64,000 nucleotides of DNA, from the IMG/VR virus record IMGVR_UViG_3300030104_006170. One strand, given 5' to 3'. Under the pieces are notes generated by a model that searched no databases, was not told the origin of the DNA, and saw nothing but the letters and a program-made list of their open reading frames with translations. A program made the translations under genes and the position numbers. Source of the DNA: a virus. Taxonomy: Duplodnaviria > Caudoviricetes. Shown in pieces: positions 20,166-30,232 of the stretch (its first letter is position 1; each line of letters starts with the position of its first letter).

Positions 20166-22273
20166 TGGCCAATGATTCTATACAAACCCAAAAAGATATA
20201 TTCGCTGGAATTCAAGGTTTATTAGCTTTTTTAGATACAACTGATGAAAAAAAGAATAGGGAAAATTTAGAAGCTTGGAAAAATACTCTAGAGTCCTTAA
20301 GAAATATTACTAGTAATCCACTCCCATTTCTTCTAGAGTTACTCAAAGTCTTAAAACAAAAAAAGTCTAATGAAAAAGCTGGACAAAAGGCTAAAAAAAT
20401 GCGTGCCGCAAAACGTAAAAAAAGGAGAGGACAAAAAAATAAAACTGAAGATGGTAAATTTAAAGAGACTAAAAAATCTTTTGCTGAAAAATTCGGGTTA
20501 GATGTTTCTTCGGATGCTTGGTTAAGGATATTAAATCAAATAATTAGAGAGTCTATTATAGAGACACTACCCAAAGTTGATGATATACTCTATGAGGAGA
20601 TAATTAAAGCTTTTAATTGTGACCTTTCTATGTTGGTACCTGTAGATGGTGATGGTTTAAATGGTCCCATAGTTATTAACATTAGTGCGGTCGACCAGTT
20701 AAAACAATTATTTAATGACCCCAATAGTGAGGTCGGTAAGTTTATGTATGAACAAGACCAACTTAACTCTGGTGTGTATTCACCAGGTCAATCACCATAC
20801 CCGGTTAATAGATTTTTAAGAGATATAATTTTTAATAACGGCGCTTTAGTTTCAGGGGCAGCTGGTACAAAACAAACTATATATGGTAGAAGTGGGAGAG
20901 CTCTTTTTGATATTGAAGCGTTAAACGGTCAATTTCTTATTTATCCTTATTATAAATTTGAGCCTGGTAACGCTCAGTATGTTTCTGCTCCTTCAGTCGC
21001 TGGTCCCGTACCTGGAGCACAAAAATTTACTTTTGTAGAATTTCTAAAAGATTACTTCGGTAATATAAAACTTATTGAGTTACAAAACTTTTTAGGAGCT
21101 CTTATGGAAATACTAACAGGATTTATGAGTGTGAGAAATAAAAACTTTAGTATAGAGGATTTATTAGGTTTACAGAAATTTATGGCTTCGATTAATAAGA
21201 TGTTAGAATCTTGTGACGGGATGGAAATGCATACATCTACTGATTCATTAAATGCTTTATCTGAGTTACATCAGGACGATAGTTTTTTTGAGTTTACTGC
21301 TGAAGAAATTAAAAATATAGAAATAGAAACTGAAAAAAAATCTCAGAATGTAATTAGTTTATTAAGTTGTGGGGTTGTAGACGTACCTGTGGATAATGAT
21401 GTTATAGATGAGGGGGTCGACGCAATATTAGCAACTTTTAATAAAGACGAACAAATTAAAGAGTTTGATTTGGTTTTACAAAAATTTGCTAGTACTTCCG
21501 CTAAGAAATATGGTTTTCAGATTGATTTAGGTTCTTTATCTTTACCCGCAGAGATAGACTTTAAGGAAAATTTAATTAAAAAATTACCACAAATATTAAT
21601 GTATTGTGTTCTTAACCCTAAGGGTGTTCTACCTATTGTTTTAACAGCTAAAATGTTAAATCAAAATGGAGCGATACCTACAGGTATCGATGTTTGGGCA
21701 AAAATATTTAAAAGAGTTATAATAAGAGTAATTAAAGAATTTTTAGCCGCAGTAGCTAGAAGAATATTAGCTTTAGTTAAAGAAATACTTTTACGTTATA
21801 TAAGAGATTTAATAAAAAGAAAATTATCAGAAATGAATAAGAAGAAAATTAGAATGATTAGAAAATTATTAGACATTTTACTACCTCTTATTATAGCTTT
21901 ACAAGAAGCCAAAACATGTAAAGAAATATATGATATTTTATTAGCAACTTTGGCTGCTAATATGCCTGATATTCCTTTTGGGGTCCCACCTTTCTTAGTT
22001 TCTGCGGCAAGTCTACGTCCAGGAACTAGTGCTCTAGGTACTTTTGAAAAACTGATTGGTAAGCTACAGGACCAAGGAATACCTATCGGTGATATGCCTG
22101 ATGGTTCACCCAATTTATTTATGTTATCACAATTTTCATTAATTCAGGCACAAGATGAAGAAAAAACAGATAATGGTTCCGCACAAGGAGTTATAATGAA
22201 CGGACAAGTTATCCACCCATTAGGTCCCGGTATAATAAAACCTTTTACAAGAACTGATAGTATATTAAAATAA
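20165..22273 (+). CDS. large hypothetical protein, probably virion structural
   Basis: 702-aa ORF in late operon next to baseplate gene; basic patch KKMRAAKRKKRR. Confidence 0.6.
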   Translation: MANDSIQTQKDIFAGIQGLLAFLDTTDEKKNRENLEAWKNTLESLRNITSNPLPFLLELLKVLKQKKSNEKAGQKAKKMRAAKRKKRRGQKNKTEDGKFKETKKSFAEKFGLDVSSDAWLRILNQIIRESIIETLPKVDDILYEEIIKAFNCDLSMLVPVDGDGLNGPIVINISAVDQLKQLFNDPNSEVGKFMYEQDQLNSGVYSPGQSPYPVNRFLRDIIFNNGALVSGAAGTKQTIYGRSGRALFDIEALNGQFLIYPYYKFEPGNAQYVSAPSVAGPVPGAQKFTFVEFLKDYFGNIKLIELQNFLGALMEILTGFMSVRNKNFSIEDLLGLQKFMASINKMLESCDGMEMHTSTDSLNALSELHQDDSFFEFTAEEIKNIEIETEKKSQNVISLLSCGVVDVPVDNDVIDEGVDAILATFNKDEQIKEFDLVLQKFASTSAKKYGFQIDLGSLSLPAEIDFKENLIKKLPQILMYCVLNPKGVLPIVLTAKMLNQNGAIPTGIDVWAKIFKRVIIRVIKEFLAAVARRILALVKEILLRYIRDLIKRKLSEMNKKKIRMIRKLLDILLPLIIALQEAKTCKEIYDILLATLAANMPDIPFGVPPFLVSAASLRPGTSALGTFEKLIGKLQDQGIPIGDMPDGSPNLFMLSQFSLIQAQDEEKTDNGSAQGVIMNGQVIHPLGPGIIKPFTRTDSILK

Positions 22274-22275
22274 TT

Positions 22276-22458
22276 ATGGCTGAATTTTTTAAAGAATATA
22301 AAGAAAAATCTAATAATGAAATATTAGAAATAATGCAAAAACTAAAAGATGAGTTTGAGAGAAGTAAGGATATAATGATACAACTTACATATCATATAGA
22401 CGATGTTGAGAAGAAATTTAATTTATTAAATGATGAAATTAAAAAAAGAAAGGGGTAA
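22276..22458 (+). CDS. small coiled-coil hypothetical protein
   Basis: Fills operon gap; heptad-like pattern. Confidence 0.55.
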   Translation: MAEFFKEYKEKSNNEILEIMQKLKDEFERSKDIMIQLTYHIDDVEKKFNLLNDEIKKRKG

Positions 22459-22461
22459 AAA

Positions 22462-24261
22462 ATGGCTTTAGGATATCAAAATAGGGATAATGCACAGAAT
22501 TCTGTGGTAAGAAATAAGTTTATTACTTTTGCCACTTGTGTAAATAATTCTGACCCAAAAAGAGCTGGTAGAATTCGTGCTATACCATCAGAAGGTGAAA
22601 ATGTCACAATATCCAAGTGTGATGACCCAATTCAGTGTATAAAAATATATGATGAATTAGCTGCAAAAGGTGAACTTATTATTGGTGGTTCAAAACTACA
22701 GTACATACCCTGGGGTGTAAATGACCCATATGTGTTCCCATCTTTTTTACCACTTCCTATTAATGTTATACCTAAAGTAGGTGAAGGTGTAAAGTTAATA
22801 TCTTGGGAATCGGAAAAAAATCTAAACCAGGAGTATATTGGTCCCATGATTTCACAACCAGGTAGTATAGAATTAGAAAATTATAAAAGTGGTAAAGAAA
22901 ACACTGCTGCGGGGGTTAATAACTCACCTCTTATGCCTTATGCTGTACCGGTGGGCGATTCAAAAATAAACCCAATAAATTTACCACTCCCCCAAAGTAA
23001 AGGAAGTTTTGTGAATCCTGACGACATAGGAATTTATGGTAGAAATAATACAGATATTATTTTAGGTATGTCGGAAAATGCTGTAGAAGACGAAACTCCG
23101 GAAGATGTTGAGGCGTCTTATCCCCAGATACTTTTACGTTCTGGTAAATTAATTAAAAATACTTCTATTAGTTCGAGACCAACAACTAATTTTAAACCTA
23201 CTTTTATACAAATAAGCACCTTTCCACAAACTCTAACTAGAGTAGAAGTGGAAAAAGAAATAGTTACAACAGAAGATTTACCTTTAAATACTTTAATAGA
23301 ATATAAGATGGACCGTGCAGCCCTATGTCAATCACCAATGGTTTTTAATGGTGAAGTAGTGGTATATAAAATGCCCCCTAAAGATAGTGCAGGACAAGCA
23401 CCTATGTGTTGGCAGTCTACAAATTCAACCCCATACAATACTAGTGCACCCCCAGCACCTACTACACCACAGGTTGGTCTTACAATGAATTTTGTAAATG
23501 CTCCTTCTATAGAAGATATAGGTAGACAAATAAATTCTTTAATATCCCATATAGATAAAGAACAATGGAATAAGGTTTTAAAACAACCAAATGTTAGTTG
23601 GGCAACTAAAACATTTAGTAGTTCTGTAGATTTAAATAATCAAAATAATCTAGGTGCATTTTTAGGTAATACACACCCATTATATTTTAGACCTGAAGCC
23701 ACACTATTAGAAACAATGGAAGAAGGTGAACCTGCAGCTTGGCCTGTTCCTGGTACATTTGATGCTGTAAAAGAAGAAGTTACAAAATTAAAAGCTACTA
23801 TAGGTTTAGATGGGGTAAAAAATAAAGGTGGTGGTTTAGCTTTTGAGAATGCTGAAGGTAGTAGAGAGGTTAAACAAGAAACCAAAAAGGTAAAGGAGAC
23901 TGTACCTGGACCCCCAAAACCACAACAAGAAGGTATAATTACCGCGGCAGGTGAAAAAATATATTTATTTTCATATAACACGACTGATTTAAATGGTCCT
24001 ATTACATTAACCTCTAATTACGGAATACCCCAAGCAAAATTTATAGATGATATAGATAAAAAAACTAATTCCCTTGTTAGAGGAGAAAAACTTCTGGAAC
24101 TTTTAGTGAAAATGGCAGCGTTTCAAGCTAATCACACACACTCCTGTCCTGGAGTTGCTTCTTGTCCTACAGCACATGATGGTACAACCACCTCAGATAT
24201 AGATAAATTAATTAAAGAAGCTGGTGAAACTATCCTTAATAAAAATATAAGGATTAACTAG
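22462..24261 (+). CDS. gp5/VgrG-like baseplate hub-spike protein
   Basis: N-terminal OB-fold motif ATCVNNSDPKRAGRIRA; C-terminal LVRGEKL and spike-tip H-T-H (NHTHSC). Confidence 0.7.
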   Translation: MALGYQNRDNAQNSVVRNKFITFATCVNNSDPKRAGRIRAIPSEGENVTISKCDDPIQCIKIYDELAAKGELIIGGSKLQYIPWGVNDPYVFPSFLPLPINVIPKVGEGVKLISWESEKNLNQEYIGPMISQPGSIELENYKSGKENTAAGVNNSPLMPYAVPVGDSKINPINLPLPQSKGSFVNPDDIGIYGRNNTDIILGMSENAVEDETPEDVEASYPQILLRSGKLIKNTSISSRPTTNFKPTFIQISTFPQTLTRVEVEKEIVTTEDLPLNTLIEYKMDRAALCQSPMVFNGEVVVYKMPPKDSAGQAPMCWQSTNSTPYNTSAPPAPTTPQVGLTMNFVNAPSIEDIGRQINSLISHIDKEQWNKVLKQPNVSWATKTFSSSVDLNNQNNLGAFLGNTHPLYFRPEATLLETMEEGEPAAWPVPGTFDAVKEEVTKLKATIGLDGVKNKGGGLAFENAEGSREVKQETKKVKETVPGPPKPQQEGIITAAGEKIYLFSYNTTDLNGPITLTSNYGIPQAKFIDDIDKKTNSLVRGEKLLELLVKMAAFQANHTHSCPGVASCPTAHDGTTTSDIDKLIKEAGETILNKNIRIN

Positions 24262-24262
24262 A

Positions 24263-24270
24263 TATTTATA
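24263..24270 (+). promoter_or_regulatory. candidate phage late promoter TATTTATA
   Basis: 15 nt before ATG 24286. Confidence 0.55.
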
Positions 24271-24285
24271 GTAAAAGTAAAAAGA

Positions 24286-25779
24286 ATGATACACAGGTCA
24301 TATTTTAGCAAAAACAATACTCTACTTGCAAATAACGAAGTTAATACTGGGAGAAATCCAGTAACACAACTTTTTTACGGTAAGGGTGTAACTAATAGTT
24401 GTAGATTTACTGGTTCTGCTGACCACATATGTAATGGACAAACAGGATTTACTAAAAATTTAGATACTGGATTTAGTAGATTTATTTTTAATTTAGATTT
24501 AGAAGATTTAAGAGAAAAAATAAACAGTTGTTGTATACCCGCATTAACATCTTTAACTCACACCATAAAAATGACTAATACTTCTCATTTTGATGATACT
24601 TTGATGAATGATAAAATATTAGTTGATGGTACCAGACGTGCTACATCTTTTACTTTGATGTTATTTAAAGCTACTACTGGTAGCTCTTGGTCAGAAGGTG
24701 TTGGTTATGATTATCAAGTTGCTGATGGTATGTTTGCACCGGAATTTGATTTAACTCATTCTACAAGACCCAGTAATTGGTTTTCCTCGACAACTCTAAG
24801 TATGTGGGCTATTCCAGGTACCTATGATAATAATGATAATACAACTTATACTGTTTTAGACACGCAAGTTTTTGACCAAGGTAATGAAAATATAGAATTT
24901 AATAGTTTAGCACTTAATACGGAGATAAATAATTTACTAATTTTACCAACAGCAACTACTTCAGCTAACACATATGGGATTGCTTTTATTCCAGCTTTTG
25001 AAAATATAACCGGTTTAACAGAGGCTTATTCTGTTGGTTTTTTTAGTAGACACACTCAAACATTTTATGAACCTTTTTTAGAAACTACTTTTGATGATGT
25101 TATAAATGATGATAGGGGAGATTTTCATTTAGGGGTTAATAATAGATTATTTTTGTACGCTTATGACCATAATGGTCATCCAATATGTTTTGATTTATTA
25201 CCTACTGTAGATATTAAGGACTGTAATGAAAGTACGGTTGCTACTTACACCGCAACCCAATTAACTTGTGGTGTTTATTATATACCACTATCTTTAACTA
25301 GTGTAGCACAAAGTCCACCAGTTATATATACCGATACTTGGTCTAATTTATTTGTGGGTGGTATATCACAACCTAACGTAACAAATGAATTTATAATTTA
25401 TAATAATAATTTAAGTATTGGTTCAACCGCGGGTGAACCTAAAATATATGGTTATTCTGTATCTGGAATTAAAGAAGATGAAAAAGTAACTAATGGAGAA
25501 ACAAGAAAAGTATTTGTTTCAACCAGAGTTCCTTACACTGTAGATGAACAAGTTTTAGTCGATAATTTGCAATATCGTCTCTATGTAACCCAAGGTACCA
25601 CTCAAGTGGAGGTAATTCCTTGGACACCCATTAACAAGTCATTTACACACAATTATTTTATGTTAGATACAGGATGGATGATTCCTAATGAATATCACCT
25701 AGATATCAAAGCAACTTCTAACCAACAAGTAGATATTTATAGGAAAGTAATAAAATTTCAAGTAATTAATCAATTATGA
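24286..25779 (+). CDS. hypothetical virion structural protein (beta/Ser-Thr rich)
   Basis: Late motif upstream; S/T/aromatic-rich; follows baseplate gene. Confidence 0.55.
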   Translation: MIHRSYFSKNNTLLANNEVNTGRNPVTQLFYGKGVTNSCRFTGSADHICNGQTGFTKNLDTGFSRFIFNLDLEDLREKINSCCIPALTSLTHTIKMTNTSHFDDTLMNDKILVDGTRRATSFTLMLFKATTGSSWSEGVGYDYQVADGMFAPEFDLTHSTRPSNWFSSTTLSMWAIPGTYDNNDNTTYTVLDTQVFDQGNENIEFNSLALNTEINNLLILPTATTSANTYGIAFIPAFENITGLTEAYSVGFFSRHTQTFYEPFLETTFDDVINDDRGDFHLGVNNRLFLYAYDHNGHPICFDLLPTVDIKDCNESTVATYTATQLTCGVYYIPLSLTSVAQSPPVIYTDTWSNLFVGGISQPNVTNEFIIYNNNLSIGSTAGEPKIYGYSVSGIKEDEKVTNGETRKVFVSTRVPYTVDEQVLVDNLQYRLYVTQGTTQVEVIPWTPINKSFTHNYFMLDTGWMIPNEYHLDIKATSNQQVDIYRKVIKFQVINQL

Positions 25780-26261
25780 AAAAAATAAGAATATCTGAAA
25801 GTGAACTAGTAGATTTAATAGAAAAACTAGTTAAAGAAAATCTAAGTAATGGTACTGGATTTGACTTTGGTATGTTGGGTACACCTACATCAAAGTATAA
25901 GGATTTATACGAAGATGAAGATATGGAAGAGGAAAAAGAGTTAGATGAAGATGAAGTTAATGTGGATACAGCACAGACTGGTGATAAAACATTAAATGTT
26001 AATGTAATGAAACAAACTAACCAATCTGACTGGATGGGTGAAAATAAAATTACTGAATCTCAGTTAGTTAGAAGGTTATCAAAAAAATTACATGAAGCAG
26101 AAGGAAAAGGATGTGCTGAATCAGAAGGTGGTTCTGGTTGTATTAAAAAAAGAGGAGACGGCTGGGTTATATTAAATAACAAAAAAGGTGGTGTCTGGAG
26201 AAAATGTACTAGTGAAAAAGATTGTCAAGAACAATTAGACGCTTTTCACGCTAATAAATAA
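25776..26261 (+). CDS. putative head-internal protein with class-A leader
   Basis: N-terminus MKKIRISESELVDLIEKLVKE; acidic linker; small Cys-containing C-terminal domain. Confidence 0.55.
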   Translation: MKKIRISESELVDLIEKLVKENLSNGTGFDFGMLGTPTSKYKDLYEDEDMEEEKELDEDEVNVDTAQTGDKTLNVNVMKQTNQSDWMGENKITESQLVRRLSKKLHEAEGKGCAESEGGSGCIKKRGDGWVILNNKKGGVWRKCTSEKDCQEQLDAFHANK

Positions 26262-26281
26262 AACTTAAAAAATTAAAAATT

Positions 26282-26347
26282 ATGAAATGTGATTGTCAAA
26301 TATGTAAGTGTGGTACTAAATGTGACTGTACTTGTTGTGACTGTTAG
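26282..26347 (+). CDS. metallothionein-like 21-aa peptide MKCDCQICKCGTKCDCTCCDC (absent from ORF track)
   Basis: 9 Cys in 21 aa in CxC/CC patterns; A-rich leader with A at -3; followed by terminator. Confidence 0.7.
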   Translation: MKCDCQICKCGTKCDCTCCDC

Positions 26348-26377
26348 ATAACAGTTAATTAAAAAATAAAGATATAA

Positions 26378-26403
26378 AAAAACCACTCAAAAGAGTGGTT
26401 TTT
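26378..26403. terminator. bidirectional intrinsic terminator
   Basis: AAAAACCACTC-AAAA-GAGTGGTTTTT between convergent operons. Confidence 0.85.
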
Positions 26404-26408
26404 GTTTT

Positions 26409-26699
26409 TTAGATATCTTCCTCATCATAATCATATTCATGAGTTACAGTTGTTCTAGTTGGTTCTGGTTCTTCTTCCACAACAACCTCATCTTTCGGTG
26501 AGAAATTTTCTGCAGCTGTAAAACCAAGACCTGCCATTACAATCCATTGTAAAGACTCGAATAAATTATTGTCAATTGTGAAATCCCAAAAAAGATTTGC
26601 TGTGTAACCAATTAACATAAATAGAAGACATACGAAAGTAACAAATCTTTTACTAGAGACTTTACCTTCACTACTTAACATGTTTTTAAAGAAGTTCAT
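26409..26699 (-). CDS. two-TM membrane protein, holin-like (start moved to MNFFK at 26699)
   Basis: SSKRF followed by two hydrophobic helices and an acidic tail; late motif at 26712-26719 supports the later start. Confidence 0.5.
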   Translation of the reverse strand: MNFFKNMLSSEGKVSSKRFVTFVCLLFMLIGYTANLFWDFTIDNNLFESLQWIVMAGLGFTAAENFSPKDEVVVEEEPEPTRTTVTHEYDYDEEDI

Positions 26700-26711
26700 A
26701 AGCGTTTTTAT

Positions 26712-26719
26712 TATAAATA
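26712..26719 (-). promoter_or_regulatory. candidate phage late promoter TATTTATA
   Basis: Between capsid terminator and holin-like start. Confidence 0.6.
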
Positions 26720-26728
26720 TCAGTGCAT

Positions 26729-26755
26729 AAAAAAAAGCCCTCATAAAGAGGGCTT
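26729..26755 (-). terminator. intrinsic terminator after major capsid gene
   Basis: AAGCCCTC-ATAAA-GAGGGCTT with U-tract on the minus strand. Confidence 0.85.
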
Positions 26756-26780
26756 CTTTTATATATAACTTATTCAGTTA

Positions 26781-28613
26781 TTAGAATCTTTTCAATTCTC
26801 TTACATCAAATGTTCTAACTCCATCAACAGTGATTCTTCCATAGAATCTGTTGTTAACCATTTTCTTAGCGTATCTAGTCATGATACCTTTGATTGGTGT
26901 AAAGTTGAATGGGTTATACATTGTAGGTGTCAACTGTAATGGTACATATGGTGCGTAAACGTACCCAGTATCCAATAAAGATGTTCCTTTATGTCCAATT
27001 AACACTTGGTTAGCTGGGAAGTAAGGGTCTCTATATACAGTAAATCTACCTGATAAAGTACCTATTTTCTCAATACCCATGTTATATTGGTCTTGTTCTG
27101 GTGCTGCGTTTGAAACGTGGAAGTACTCCAAGTCATCAAATATTGCAGAAACTTCAGAAGAACATACAATCCAGTTAGCCCCACCTCTCAATGTTGACTT
27201 GTGAATTTGAGCTGATAACTGATTAATAGCAGTAATCAACGTTTGATTCCAGTCTTTTTGAGTGTAAGGTGCTTGACCTGCAGAGAATCTCTTCCATCCG
27301 TTGTAATCCCATCTTAAGTCCCAAGCTGCTCCTTTTCTAAGGTCTCTCAAGATTTCTCTATCGATTTCAGCTGCAACTTCTTCAGATAATAAAGCTGTTA
27401 ATTCAGCTTCAGCATCGATGTTATGGAATGCAGAAACATCTTGTGCAAGTTCTGGTGACCATTGTGCTCTTAATTTTCTTTCAGTAACAGAAACTGTAAC
27501 AGCTTGTAAGTCGAAAGAAACTTCACCCATTTGGTCTTCAAATTCAAGAGTTGAGTACTGTCTCCAAGTAGCTGTGATATTTTGTGACGCTGCTGTAGAA
27601 CCTACATAACCATCAATCGAACGATAAGATGTTTCACCACAATCAACACATGCTGGACATGAAGTATCAACTTCTAAATAAATATTTCCTTGTGAATCAC
27701 AAACGTCAGTTCTATCAACAATTCCAAAACCATACTTTTGTGTAACAACACGGAATAACATTGGTTTATCAACACCGTAAACCATTGTTCCACCTGAGTT
27801 TGCGTTAGTAGAAGAATTACAACACCATACTCCAGATGCGTTTGATAACGTTAATGAAGCTAAGAACTCTTCAGTATCTTGCTCATTTCCATCAGGTCCA
27901 GTTAATTTACCAACACCAGCAGTATTAAATCCTGCTAATTTAACGATAGCACTTCTTGTACCACCTTTTGGTATACCCACACCATAACCTAAAGTTGTAG
28001 TAGCGTTACATCCAGATAATGAGTTCATCGCTGCATAATCTTGTAATGTATTACCGTTCCAAATTACGTTTGTTGTAGAAGCTGCACTTGACGTGTAGTT
28101 ACCTTTTGAGTAGTCATAAAGACCGTCATCAGCTGCTGTAGGTGCGTTACCAGCATAGTACTCATCATATAATGAAGTAGATGCTGCAGAAAATGCTGCT
28201 CCTGGTGTAGTAGGTACATTAGGTGCAGTACCAGTTTCTGGTGCTCCATAAGGTGCATAGTGTGTTCCACCTGGTTGTGCTCCAATTTTAGGTACAAAGT
28301 AGAACAATTTACCGATTGGTAAGTTCATAGCTTGTACAGAAACGATATCGTTTGCCAATAATTTAGAGAAAACTCTTCTAATTATTGGGAAAACAACTGT
28401 TTCGAATGAACCTGAATCAGAAGCTGTAGTAGCTTCGTTGATTAGGTTTGTTGCTTGGTTTTCATATAGCTGAGCTATATTTTCTCTAACGTGACCTTTA
28501 AGTCCGTCTAGGAATCCAAGACCATCCCATTTTGCTAAGGTATCTTCTTTGATAACTTTTAGGTGTTTTAACCCAATGTTACCAACCATACCTGATTCTA
28601 ATAGTGCTCCCAT
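26781..28613 (-). CDS. major capsid protein, T4 gp23-like
   Basis: FPIIRRVF..LLAN.IVSVQ.M..P.G, VSFDL..VTV...RKLRAQWSPELAQD..AFH.IDAEAELT.LLS, YAPYVPL, GIMTRY. Confidence 0.95.
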   Translation of the reverse strand: MGALLESGMVGNIGLKHLKVIKEDTLAKWDGLGFLDGLKGHVRENIAQLYENQATNLINEATTASDSGSFETVVFPIIRRVFSKLLANDIVSVQAMNLPIGKLFYFVPKIGAQPGGTHYAPYGAPETGTAPNVPTTPGAAFSAASTSLYDEYYAGNAPTAADDGLYDYSKGNYTSSAASTTNVIWNGNTLQDYAAMNSLSGCNATTTLGYGVGIPKGGTRSAIVKLAGFNTAGVGKLTGPDGNEQDTEEFLASLTLSNASGVWCCNSSTNANSGGTMVYGVDKPMLFRVVTQKYGFGIVDRTDVCDSQGNIYLEVDTSCPACVDCGETSYRSIDGYVGSTAASQNITATWRQYSTLEFEDQMGEVSFDLQAVTVSVTERKLRAQWSPELAQDVSAFHNIDAEAELTALLSEEVAAEIDREILRDLRKGAAWDLRWDYNGWKRFSAGQAPYTQKDWNQTLITAINQLSAQIHKSTLRGGANWIVCSSEVSAIFDDLEYFHVSNAAPEQDQYNMGIEKIGTLSGRFTVYRDPYFPANQVLIGHKGTSLLDTGYVYAPYVPLQLTPTMYNPFNFTPIKGIMTRYAKKMVNNRFYGRITVDGVRTFDVRELKRF

Positions 28614-28643
28614 AGTTTTTTTATTTTTTTTAAAAAGCGTTTA

Positions 28644-30170
28644 TTATAATTTAGACATTAAGTCTTTCATCCTACTAAATTGAGGGTTTTCGTAAATTTT
28701 TGATTCCAATAATTTACCTCCACCACTAGTAGGTGATTTAGTAATTTTCTGCTCCACTGACTCAGAAATTGTTTTTGTAGGTTTAGCTACTTCCTGAGAA
28801 AGTTCTTCTTTGATTACCTTATACAACTCTTTAGAACCTTTTAATGAGTTTATCCCATCAAAACGTTTTAATATGTTGATTTTTTCCTGCTTGGTAGTTG
28901 AATGTTCAGTAAATAGACGTGTTACGTAAGCTAAGTTTGAATTAAACACACCCACTTCATTCAGTTTATCTCTAAAAGTTGTCAAAGCTTTCTTATAGTC
29001 AGAATTTTTAACTTTTAAAGTTTCTACCTCTTCTTTAAGAAGATTGTAGGACTTTCTTATACGACTTTCACCAAGGTTACGATTGTTAGTGATTCCTTTT
29101 CTAAAAGAAGGCTTGTGTTTTCCACCAGACTCTCTTCCAAACCCTAAAGTTCTTGAAGCTTCTTTCATTTCGTAATCTCTATGAGTTGCTGACTGGTCAC
29201 CTTTTTTAGCTCCACCTTCTTTTACTTCTTCGTAATCTAAATGTGTTGCTGATTGGTCCCCTTTTTTAGCTCCTCCTTCTTTCATTTCGTAATCTCTGTG
29301 AGTTGCAGATTGGTCTCCTTTTTTAGCACCCCCTTCCTTCATATAATCTCTATGTGTTGCTGATTGGTCTCCCTTCTTAGCACCACCTTCCTTCATATAA
29401 TCTCTGTGAGTTGCGGATTGGTCACCTTTTTTAGCTCCGCCTTCTTCCATATCTTCCATTTCCATCATGTCTCCACCTTCCTTTTCATAATCTTTAAGTT
29501 TCCTTTTCGATTCAGGTTGGTCTACGCCCATAACTTTACCATGTCCTTCGTCCATGTCATCCATTTCGTCTAGCTCAATTTCATAAACTATTTCTTCGTC
29601 CATTTCTTCCATCTCATCCATGTCATCCATTTCGTCCATGTTATCCATGTCCATTTCTGACACTTCTGTTTTGTTTTCGTTGACTGCTTTTTTCATAGTT
29701 TTTGTTTTTTTGCTTTCGTCTAATTTAATGATGTATTCAGTATCAGTAGTATTGTCGGTTAACTCAATTTCGTCATCGTCCTGTTGGATAATGATTCCAT
29801 CTTCGTCTCCCATTGCTTTAAATACTTTTAATACTTCTTCATCGGATGCTAATGTTAAATCTAGAGGTGGCAGTTCAGGTAACTCTACGTCGTCTGTCTC
29901 GTCCTCAATATCAAGTTCCATATCATCTCCCATTTCAGTTTCCATGTCCATTTCCATTTCGTCATCGTCCATGTCATCGTCTAGGTCAATCATATCAACT
30001 TCTTCTTCTTCTTGCTCCTTAAGGTAATCGTCTGTATTTAACGATTCTTTTACTAATTCGTGAATTTCTTCCTTCATTGTTGAAGCAAGTATTTCTTTTG
30101 CATTAGACTTCATAGTTTCTTCCAACTGTTCCGCCTCGAGCAACGCTTTTTCTAAAATTGATTCGCTCAC
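28644..30170 (-). CDS. prohead core/scaffold protein (gp22-like position), GTG start
   Basis: Between protease and capsid genes; highly acidic; C-terminal coiled coil; many [ILV]-x-E sites. Confidence 0.75.
   Translation of the reverse strand: MSESILEKALLEAEQLEETMKSNAKEILASTMKEEIHELVKESLNTDDYLKEQEEEEVDMIDLDDDMDDDEMEMDMETEMGDDMELDIEDETDDVELPELPPLDLTLASDEEVLKVFKAMGDEDGIIIQQDDDEIELTDNTTDTEYIIKLDESKKTKTMKKAVNENKTEVSEMDMDNMDEMDDMDEMEEMDEEIVYEIELDEMDDMDEGHGKVMGVDQPESKRKLKDYEKEGGDMMEMEDMEEGGAKKGDQSATHRDYMKEGGAKKGDQSATHRDYMKEGGAKKGDQSATHRDYEMKEGGAKKGDQSATHLDYEEVKEGGAKKGDQSATHRDYEMKEASRTLGFGRESGGKHKPSFRKGITNNRNLGESRIRKSYNLLKEEVETLKVKNSDYKKALTTFRDKLNEVGVFNSNLAYVTRLFTEHSTTKQEKINILKRFDGINSLKGSKELYKVIKEELSQEVAKPTKTISESVEQKITKSPTSGGGKLLESKIYENPQFSRMKDLMSKL
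29161..29444 (-). repeat. five in-frame tandem repeats (54-60 nt) encoding EGGAKKGDQSATHRDY(E)MK
   Basis: Repeats seen directly in DNA and protein, with synonymous differences between units. Confidence 0.95.
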
Positions 30171-30232
30171 GTTTTTTTATTTTTTTAAAAGTTTATTATT
30201 ATACCGCACCGCATACCGCAGCATGGTTTATT

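Noticed and set aside
26700-26744. Track start for the holin-like ORF (MRAFFYAL...)
   Set aside because: That start lies within the capsid terminator hairpin and upstream of the late motif, so ATG 26699 is preferred.
29161-29444. CRISPR-like array
   Set aside because: The units are contiguous, in-frame coding repeats with synonymous variation and no unique spacers; no cas genes are present.
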